From a virus (Duplodnaviria; Caudoviricetes), in the IMG/VR virus record IMGVR_UViG_3300032305_001759, positions 1-24,083 of that record: a stretch of 24,083 nt of DNA; one strand, written 5' to 3'. Positions 18,657 through 23,448 of this stretch are shown here, in pieces. Position numbers and translations under genes: made by a program. Numbering within the stretch: position 1 is the first letter of the stretch; each line of letters opens with the position of its first letter. Under the pieces are notes generated by a model. The model was given only the letters and a program-made list of their open reading frames with translations, was not told the DNA's origin and made no database searches.

Positions 18657-18893
18657 TTAGATTTCATCACACTCGAAACACATTCCAACGTAGCGTGGAA
18701 TTAGGTAAACCGTATCTTGCATAAAGTTGGCGATGTTGTCGCAGGTTGCACACTCAACTAGTGTAGTTAGGTGAATACAGTCCATACATACATCGTGAGT
18801 AGTATGCTCGAAGCCCTTAACGACTACGCTTGTTTCGGTGAAATTGGCTTCGCACCATTCGCACCATGTACTTGCTAACAGTAATTTATCCAT
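18657..18893 (-). CDS. Double Zn-finger microprotein
   Basis: 78 aa with four CxxC motifs; AAGAAAGGA SD. Confidence 0.75.
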   Translation of the reverse strand: MDKLLLASTWCEWCEANFTETSVVVKGFEHTTHDVCMDCIHLTTLVECATCDNIANFMQDTVYLIPRYVGMCFECDEI

Positions 18894-18985
18894 GAGATAA
18901 ATCCTTTCTTATTCATTAGTCAATTTGACTATGCCTAGAGACTACCCTATAAACGGCAACGCAAACGCCAAATAGCCAAATTACT

Positions 18986-19094
18986 AGATGAACAATAGGT
19001 AAACAATAATTCACAGGTTATACCCAAGTTATGCACAATTCACAGGTTATGCACAGGCTGTGGACAAAGTGTATCCAATAGAACATTTGTTCGA
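18986..19094. promoter_or_regulatory. Cluster of DnaA-like boxes plus LexA-type SOS box
   Basis: TTATACCCA 19018, TTATGCACA 19029 and 19047, TGTGGACAA 19059, TAGAACATTTGTTCGA 19079-19094. Confidence 0.7.
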
Positions 19095-19095
19095 G

Positions 19096-19182
19096 TGGCG
19101 CGATTTGCCCCAAAATTTAATTAAGATAGAGAGAAAATCGCCTTGAATACTTGGCGCGATTTGGTTGAAAATTAAATTAAGA
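19096..19182. repeat. 31-bp imperfect direct repeat TGGCGCGATTTG-N4-AAAATTwAATTAAGA
   Basis: Copies at 19096-19126 and 19152-19182. Confidence 0.8.
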
Positions 19183-19208
19183 CGAATTTAAAAATTGTCT
19201 GAAGCTTT

Positions 19209-19355
19209 TTAGAAATCATCATCATCATCAAAATAATTTTCTATTTCTTGGTCACTCTCGCACATAATGCAATAGTTAATTTCCCAAGCCGTTAATTTAT
19301 CATCACAAGTCAAGCACTTATTCTTGGTGATGTTTTCAAATGCTAGTTCAGTCAT
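19209..19355 (-). CDS. 48-aa Zn-finger microprotein with acidic tail (paralog of 19795-19920)
   Basis: Not in the ORF track. MTELAFENITKNKCLTCDDKLTAWEINYCIMCESDQEIENYFDDDDDF; GAGGGG SD. Confidence 0.8.
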   Translation of the reverse strand: MTELAFENITKNKCLTCDDKLTAWEINYCIMCESDQEIENYFDDDDDF

Positions 19356-19361
19356 TTTTTA

Positions 19362-19550
19362 TTACCCCTCAATCATTTCGCAAATCAATGCACCGATAGC
19401 AGATACTAAACCGATAACGGCGGTTACTATCATCACATTGACAGACATAAAATCAAATCCGATAACTAGTAGTTGTAATTCTAGTAGTAGTGCAGGTAAT
19501 GACATAACTGCAATAGTAACTAGTGGAGCGATTAGATTGTAAAGAAACAT
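19362..19550 (-). CDS. Small two-TM membrane protein
   Basis: 62 aa, hydrophobic; AGAAAGAG SD; downstream of a promoter and RNA element. Confidence 0.7.
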   Translation of the reverse strand: MFLYNLIAPLVTIAVMSLPALLLELQLLVIGFDFMSVNVMIVTAVIGLVSAIGALICEMIEG

Positions 19551-19569
19551 TTTTTCTCTTTCTGTTAGT

Positions 19570-19631
19570 GTTGAGATTTATTTGCTAGGCTCATTCGGTT
19601 TCCCGACTTATTTGCTAGGCTCACTCTCAAC
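19570..19631 (-). ncRNA. Candidate structured leader RNA, copy 1
   Basis: RNA GUUGAGA-G-UGAGCCUAGCAAAUAA-G-UCGG-GAAA-CCGA-A-UGAGCCUAGCAAAUAA-A-UCUCAAC between promoter and SD. Confidence 0.7.
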
Positions 19632-19646
19632 CTTTCTTATAGTCTT

Positions 19647-19668
19647 AACTTAGCATACCTGACTGACA
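19647..19668 (-). promoter_or_regulatory. TGTCAG-N10-TAnnnT promoter (leftward)
   Basis: TGTCAG-TCAGGTATGC-TAAGTT. Confidence 0.75.
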
Positions 19669-19680
19669 ATTTCTACCTGA

Positions 19681-19790
19681 ATCTCACTATTTGAGATGAA
19701 CAGTAGGTGAACAATAAATCACAGGTTATCCACAGCTGCCCGCGCCCACGCTGTCGGGCGTGTCGTTATGTGTGATCAAAAATGCCCTGG
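19681..19790. promoter_or_regulatory. Regulatory island 1 (GCCCGCGCCC core)
   Basis: ATCTCA-N5-TGAGAT 19681, 11-bp-period TGAAC repeat about 19697-19712, TTATCCACA 19726, GCCCGCGCCC 19738, GGGCGTGTCG 19756. Confidence 0.7.
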
Positions 19791-19794
19791 ACTT

Positions 19795-19920
19795 TTATTC
19801 GTATGTAGAATAATCGTCAGGCTCACACATAATGCAGTAGGTATTTTCCCACGATGTTAATTTGTCATCACACTCAATACATTTTGTATTGGTGATGTTT
19901 TCAATTAGTAATTCATTCAT
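19795..19920 (-). CDS. 41-aa Zn-finger microprotein
   Basis: Not in the ORF track. MNELLIENITNTKCIECDDKLTSWENTYCIMCEPDDYSTYE; GAAAGGA SD. Confidence 0.8.
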   Translation of the reverse strand: MNELLIENITNTKCIECDDKLTSWENTYCIMCEPDDYSTYE

Positions 19921-19939
19921 AATGAATCCTTTCGTTAGT

Positions 19940-19997
19940 GCTAAGACTTATTTGCTAGGCTCATCCGTTAGGCTTATTTGCTAGGCTCATTCTTAAC
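19940..19997 (-). ncRNA. Candidate structured leader RNA, copy 2
   Basis: RNA GUUAAGA-A-UGAGCCUAGCAAAUAA-G-CC-UAAC-GG-A-UGAGCCUAGCAAAUAA-G-UCUUAGC; stems covary with copy 1. Confidence 0.7.
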
Positions 19998-20008
19998 TAT
20001 TTAATTTT

Positions 20009-20030
20009 AATCTATCAGATAGGTCTGACA
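20009..20030 (-). promoter_or_regulatory. TGTCAG-N10-TAnnnT promoter (leftward)
   Basis: TGTCAG-ACCTATCTGA-TAGATT. Confidence 0.75.
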
Positions 20031-20034
20031 GTTT

Positions 20035-20169
20035 TTATCCGTAGTATTCATTGAATTCATCTACGGTCATTTTACCTTTGTAGGTATCACAGCAGAACAT
20101 CTGGTCAGCAGACATTTCACTTTCACAGAAGCAACAGATGTATTCTGTTTCATTTAGTAAGTTAAACAT
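20035..20169 (-). CDS. 44-aa Cys-rich microprotein
   Basis: Not in the ORF track. MFNLLNETEYICCFCESEMSADQMFCCDTYKGKMTVDEFNEYYG; AGAAAGGAG SD. Confidence 0.75.
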   Translation of the reverse strand: MFNLLNETEYICCFCESEMSADQMFCCDTYKGKMTVDEFNEYYG

Positions 20170-20199
20170 TCTTAACTCCTTTCTTTATCTTATGTCTTT

Positions 20200-20221
20200 A
20201 GACTAGCAGAGGGGTCTGACA
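20200..20221 (-). promoter_or_regulatory. TGTCAG-N10-TAnnnT promoter (leftward member of divergent pair)
   Basis: TGTCAG-ACCCCTCTGC-TAGTCT. Confidence 0.8.
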
Positions 20222-20237
20222 TTTTTACCCCTTTTTC

Positions 20238-20378
20238 GGGCGTGTCGCAAAACTATTTTTGTGATGTACATCATAGAACATCTGTTCGAATGCCCGCGCC
20301 CTTGTGGATAACCTGTGTATAAGATGGCTATAAAATGCCCCTGAAAAGTTTACCAAATGTTTACCTAAACACACCCCC
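20238..20378. promoter_or_regulatory. Regulatory island 2 between divergent promoters
   Basis: GGGCGTGTCG 20238, TGTGA-N6-TCATA 20260, TAGAACATCTGTTCGA 20274, GCCCGCGCCC 20292, TGTGGATAA 20303, TGTGTATAA 20314, GTTTAC-N5-GTTTAC 20348-20364. Confidence 0.75.
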
Positions 20379-20392
20379 TAAATGGCATAAAT

Positions 20393-20414
20393 TGTCAGAC
20401 CCCTAGTGTATGAT
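20393..20414 (+). promoter_or_regulatory. TGTCAG-N10-TAnnnT promoter (rightward)
   Basis: TGTCAG-ACCCCTAGTG-TATGAT. Confidence 0.8.
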
Positions 20415-20445
20415 GAAATCATAAGACAAAAAGAAAGAGGTCAAA

Positions 20446-20631
20446 ATGACTTACTTAGTAACAAACAAGAGAGACAACATCTCTAACGAATACATCTCTA
20501 TTCACTCTGCCTTGCAAATGGTTGCAAGTTGCTATGACGGTGCAGGTATCACTTGCGAAATCGTAGACACCCAAACGGGTGAACAGGTAGAAATCTATCG
20601 AGATACCCTAAGGGGCTGGCGTGTCGCTTAG
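20446..20631 (+). CDS. Hypothetical early protein
   Basis: 61 aa; AGAAAGAGG SD after promoter. Confidence 0.7.
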   Translation: MTYLVTNKRDNISNEYISIHSALQMVASCYDGAGITCEIVDTQTGEQVEIYRDTLRGWRVA

Positions 20632-20637
20632 CGAAAC

Positions 20638-20659
20638 TGTCAGACCTCTATGCTAAAGT
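20638..20659 (+). promoter_or_regulatory. TGTCAG-N10-TAnnnT promoter
   Basis: TGTCAG-ACCTCTATGC-TAAAGT. Confidence 0.8.
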
Positions 20660-20688
20660 AAAACTAACAAACAAAGAAAGGGCATCAA

Positions 20689-20856
20689 ATGTCACTAGCA
20701 CTAATCTCAATCACAATCCTACTATCTAGCCTATTTGCTGGATTCCTTGCTTATGCTGTAATAACTATCAGCGAACTAAAGAAAAATAAAAAGATGTGGG
20801 AACAAGCCTACACACAATTAGCCATTGAATTTATGGTACTAAAGGCAGGTAAGTAA
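20689..20856 (+). CDS. 55-aa membrane protein
   Basis: MSLALISITILLSSLFAGFLAYAVITISELKKNKKMWEQ...; AGAAAGGG SD. Confidence 0.7.
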   Translation: MSLALISITILLSSLFAGFLAYAVITISELKKNKKMWEQAYTQLAIEFMVLKAGK

Positions 20857-21023
20857 TGATGACACGCAAAGACTACATCAAAATTGCAGAAATTCTAAAT
20901 GCTTATCACTTAGACATTGACTCACAAGTATTTGAGGATTTGCTTTCAGACTTTCAAACATTTTTCAAAAGAGATAATTCAAACTTCGACTTAACACGAT
21001 TCAGAGATGCGGTAATTAAATAA
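20856..21023 (+). CDS. 55-aa phage protein (MTRKDY...DNxNFDxxRF type)
   Basis: MMTRKDYIKIAEILNAYHLDIDSQVFEDLLSDFQTFFKRDNSNFDLTRFRDAVIK; TAATG-coupled. Confidence 0.75.
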   Translation: MMTRKDYIKIAEILNAYHLDIDSQVFEDLLSDFQTFFKRDNSNFDLTRFRDAVIK

Positions 21024-21175
21024 TGAAAATACAACACAACAAAATTGACGGAACTTTCGTAATTGGAATTTCTTTCTCTAACTACTACAACAAAAAAACT
21101 TCAACCAAAAATACTTCCCTGATTTTTGATTTAGGTTCTCGCTCACTTGCATTTACATTTAGAGGTGACTACTAA
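21023..21175 (+). CDS. 50-aa hypothetical protein
   Basis: MKIQHNKIDGTFVIGISFSNYY...; TAATG-coupled at both ends. Confidence 0.65.
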   Translation: MKIQHNKIDGTFVIGISFSNYYNKKTSTKNTSLIFDLGSRSLAFTFRGDY

Positions 21176-21255
21176 TGAATAGTTTTTATTCTTGGGTTTT
21201 AATTTTATCCCTTGCAGGTTTTGTTTATTTGCTTGTAGATAATTTTACAGACTAA
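21175..21255 (+). CDS. 26-aa hydrophobic peptide
   Basis: MNSFYSWVLILSLAGFVYLLVDNFTD; GAGGTG SD, TAATG overlap. Confidence 0.55.
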   Translation: MNSFYSWVLILSLAGFVYLLVDNFTD

Positions 21256-21261
21256 CAAAAC

Positions 21262-21352
21262 GAGCTGATCGAACGCCTGTTCGAAAAGCCCGCGCCCCTG
21301 TGGATAACTATTGTTATGATAGTTAAGAAATAGCCTGGAATATTCTGGAAAA
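21262..21352. promoter_or_regulatory. Regulatory island 3 with perfect SOS box
   Basis: TCGAACGCCTGTTCGA 21269-21284, GCCCGCGCCC 21288, TGTGGATAA 21299. Confidence 0.75.
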
Positions 21353-21385
21353 TTTTTATAAATTATTTCTAATAAACCTATTTTT

Positions 21386-21407
21386 TGTCAGACCCTTGTG
21401 CTAGTAT
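21386..21407 (+). promoter_or_regulatory. TGTCAG-N10-TAnnnT promoter
   Basis: TGTCAG-ACCCTTGTGC-TAGTAT. Confidence 0.8.
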
Positions 21408-21437
21408 CAGAGATACCTACTAAGAAATGAGAACGAC

Positions 21438-21974
21438 ATGAGCTACGAAAACACCTACCGCCAAATTGTTGCACAGGCTAAGCCGTCACAGATTGAACAA
21501 GCCACACAATGGTATGCAGATGCTGAGGCAGTTGCTCATGAAGTAGTGTCTATCTATAAGTCAAGAGGCATGGATGTATCTTTAGAACAGGCTGCTTCGA
21601 TAATTTCAGCGTTCTCACCTCGTCAGCGTTGGTCAACCAATGTTCGTCAGGCACTTAGATTTGCTCATGGCGATGAGGAAATGCGTTGCCTACCTAACAA
21701 TCTTAAAATGGCTAAGAGTGCTTTAGAAAATGGTTTCAATGCACTTAATGGAAAGAAAACAAATTCATTTGCTCGTAACATTGCAGGTGATCAAAATGCA
21801 ATCACGATTGACATTTGGATGATGAGGTCAGCAGGTATTCCAAAAGATAGTCCTAGTAAAAAAGACTACACACAATTATCTGAGGCGATTGAAAAAATTG
21901 CAATGGAAACTGCAATGACACCTCGTACCGTTCAAGCATTGGTATGGATTGTGTATAGGGGTAGTGCTGCATGA
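21438..21974 (+). CDS. Phage protein of DUF7178-like family (possible helix-hairpin-helix DNA-glycosylase-related fold)
   Basis: WY...SP.Q.W..N...KT.SF..NI.G...TID.WM.R...Y..L...I......P..VQA..W motif pattern. Confidence 0.55.
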   Translation: MSYENTYRQIVAQAKPSQIEQATQWYADAEAVAHEVVSIYKSRGMDVSLEQAASIISAFSPRQRWSTNVRQALRFAHGDEEMRCLPNNLKMAKSALENGFNALNGKKTNSFARNIAGDQNAITIDIWMMRSAGIPKDSPSKKDYTQLSEAIEKIAMETAMTPRTVQALVWIVYRGSAA

Positions 21975-22068
21975 AAAAGCCCGCGCCCCGTTTTCCACAG
22001 GCTGTTAAGAAGTTGTGGATAAGTCCCTTGAAAAGTTTACCAAATGTTTACTTTAGACACGCCCTGAA
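21975..22068. promoter_or_regulatory. Regulatory island 4
   Basis: GCCCGCGCCC 21979, TTTTCCACA 21991, TGTGGATAA 22014, TGAAAAGTTTACCAAATGTTTAC 22029-22051 (identical to 20342-20364), GACACGCCC 22056. Confidence 0.75.
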
Positions 22069-22078
22069 ATACTAAAAT

Positions 22079-22100
22079 TGTCAGACCCCTATGGTAAAGT
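22079..22100 (+). promoter_or_regulatory. TGTCAG-N10-TAnnnT promoter
   Basis: TGTCAG-ACCCCTATGG-TAAAGT. Confidence 0.8.
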
Positions 22101-22127
22101 GAAACCATAATGAAAGGAAGTACCAAA

Positions 22128-22280
22128 ATGAATGGTAACTCAAAAGTCGTAATTCTACGCAAGGCTATGTCTGCCCTTGAACTTGCAGATAGTCACGCTA
22201 AGCACGGTGACACCCGTACAGAAAAAATCTGGCGTGATGAATACACACGCTTAATGAATCGTTACTTAGGAGTGAAATAA
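22128..22280 (+). CDS. 50-aa hypothetical protein
   Basis: MNGNSKVVILRKAMSALELADSHAKHGDTRTEKIWRDEYTRLMNRYLGVK; GAAAGGA SD. Confidence 0.7.
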   Translation: MNGNSKVVILRKAMSALELADSHAKHGDTRTEKIWRDEYTRLMNRYLGVK

Positions 22281-22471
22281 TGAGAGTCTATGAAATTGCT
22301 AAGGAACTTAGTATTCCTTCAAAAGATGTCAGAATGTATTTAGAATACATTGGGCAACCCGTAAAGTCTGCATCGTCAAGCGTTGAACCAATGTTTGCTG
22401 AAATAGTTATCAAAAGAATAAACAAGACCTATGAGGAATTTGTGCCTTGTTGGTCATTCCCACCATTCTAA
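22280..22471 (+). CDS. Stand-alone translation initiation factor IF2 N-terminal (IF2_N) domain protein
   Basis: MRVYEIAKELSIPSKDV...L..IG..VKSASSSVE matches the actinobacterial IF2 N-terminus pattern RVxELAKExGxxSKxV...L...GEFVxSASSTxE. Confidence 0.8.
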   Translation: MRVYEIAKELSIPSKDVRMYLEYIGQPVKSASSSVEPMFAEIVIKRINKTYEEFVPCWSFPPF

Positions 22472-22473
22472 AA

Positions 22474-22495
22474 TGTCACACCTCTATGCTAGAAT
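22474..22495 (+). promoter_or_regulatory. TGTCAC-N10-TAnnnT promoter (variant)
   Basis: TGTCAC-ACCTCTATGC-TAGAAT. Confidence 0.7.
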
Positions 22496-22527
22496 AAATA
22501 CCCTACCTACAAGAAATGAGAAATAAA

Positions 22528-22812
22528 ATGGGACTAAACTTCGCAACTGAATTATCCACTATGGATACAATGCCAATGGAGCAACAGATTAACTTGCACC
22601 TACAATACAATTTCTATCCACCCGTTCCATCGTCAATGGTACAGCCTTGCATAGATGCTATCAACGCAATTTGGAATGAGGACTACTTTGCAGAAATAGA
22701 ATTGCCTCAAGGCGTTCTATGGCGTGGTAGTAACTATGCACCTGCTCAAGCAATTGCAGACAATCATAGATTAGATGCTTGGCTAATGGTAGATGACTGG
22801 GAGGACGAATGA
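22528..22812 (+). CDS. Hypothetical phage protein (HLQYNFYPPVP motif)
   Basis: Track ORF 22516-22812; start moved to 22528 because the 22516 ATG lies inside the recurrent AGAAATGAGA leader motif. Confidence 0.75.
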   Translation: MGLNFATELSTMDTMPMEQQINLHLQYNFYPPVPSSMVQPCIDAINAIWNEDYFAEIELPQGVLWRGSNYAPAQAIADNHRLDAWLMVDDWEDE

Positions 22813-22940
22813 AATTTATAGCAAGCCCTGAGCAACTTAGGGCACGTCTTGAGTTGCGTAGAAGTAACGCCTCTGCTAAACACGTTAATAAAAAAAAGTA
22901 TTCCAGAAAACCAAAACACAAAAAGGAATTGTTTGACTAA
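22809..22940 (+). CDS. 43-aa highly basic peptide with ArfA-like tail
   Basis: MKFIASPEQLRARLELRRSNASAKHVNKKKYSRKPKHKKELFD; GGAGG SD; ATGA overlap. Confidence 0.7.
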   Translation: MKFIASPEQLRARLELRRSNASAKHVNKKKYSRKPKHKKELFD

Positions 22941-23071
22941 TGAAATTTATCTTTGCACTATTTGTAATTGCACTTCTTGTATTGCCTGTCATTGGTTTTG
23001 TTGATGGACTTGGTTATAAAAAAAATAATAATGAATTTTTAGATACTGCAAGATGGATAGATGGGAAGTAG
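22940..23071 (+). CDS. 43-aa membrane protein
   Basis: MKFIFALFVIALLVLPVIGFVDGLGYKKNNNEFLDTARWIDGK; TAATG-coupled. Confidence 0.6.
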   Translation: MKFIFALFVIALLVLPVIGFVDGLGYKKNNNEFLDTARWIDGK

Positions 23072-23072
23072 G

Positions 23073-23148
23073 CAGCTGAAAAAGCCCGCGCCCCCTGTGG
23101 ATAACTTTATTTAAGAAGTTAAGAAAAGATCCTGGACCCCCTGGAAAA
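23073..23148. promoter_or_regulatory. Regulatory island 5
   Basis: CAGCTG 23073, GCCCGCGCCC 23084, TGTGGATAA 23096, GATCCTGG and CCTGG 23128-23144. Confidence 0.75.
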
Positions 23149-23150
23149 AT

Positions 23151-23172
23151 TGTCAGACCCTTATGCTATGAT
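23151..23172 (+). promoter_or_regulatory. TGTCAG-N10-TAnnnT promoter
   Basis: TGTCAG-ACCCTTATGC-TATGAT. Confidence 0.8.
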
Positions 23173-23203
23173 GAAATCATACCTACTAAAGAAATGAGAT
23201 GTT

Positions 23204-23446
23204 ATGTTTACACTTAATAACATTCGTAAGAATGAAGAATTAAATTACTTAGTTTCTTCCCTGCCTTGTCCAAATTGTGATAGCACTCTATCTGTTGAAA
23301 TTACCCCTGACAAATTGTGGGCTTACAATCAAGGTGGCTATGCCCAAGATGTATTGTCTGCCTACGATGAGGGTGTTCGTGAGCGTTTCATTACTGGAAT
23401 GTGTGAAATTTGTTGGGCTCTAATGTTTGATTTTGATGATGAATAA
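23204..23446 (+). CDS. Zn-ribbon protein
   Basis: 80 aa; CPNC...Q.V......RE.FITG.C..CW..MF. Confidence 0.75.
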   Translation: MFTLNNIRKNEELNYLVSSLPCPNCDSTLSVEITPDKLWAYNQGGYAQDVLSAYDEGVRERFITGMCEICWALMFDFDDE

Positions 23447-23448
23447 AA

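Noticed and set aside
18986-19200. Bacterial chromosomal oriC
   Set aside because: No dnaA, dnaN or rpmH context; flanked by phage genes, and the boxes are dispersed over 4 kb.
17645-19200. tRNA or other known RNA genes in the non-coding gaps
   Set aside because: No cloverleaf or T-loop GTTCRA in a proper stem context was found by eye; the GTTCGA hits belong to SOS-box palindromes.
19570-19997. CRISPR array or mini-array from the four 16-bp repeats
   Set aside because: Repeats are 16 bp with 10-14-nt self-complementary inserts, occur as two separate pairs, and no cas genes are present; an RNA-structure reading fits better.
19324-22921. Track ORFs 19324-19542 (+) and 22661-22921 (-)
   Set aside because: Both are antisense to genes supported by promoter, SD and coupling evidence.
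19738-23093. Classical integron attC cassette array
   Set aside because: No GTTRRRY/RYYYAAC inverted ends, cassettes carry their own promoters, and no integrase is present in the window.
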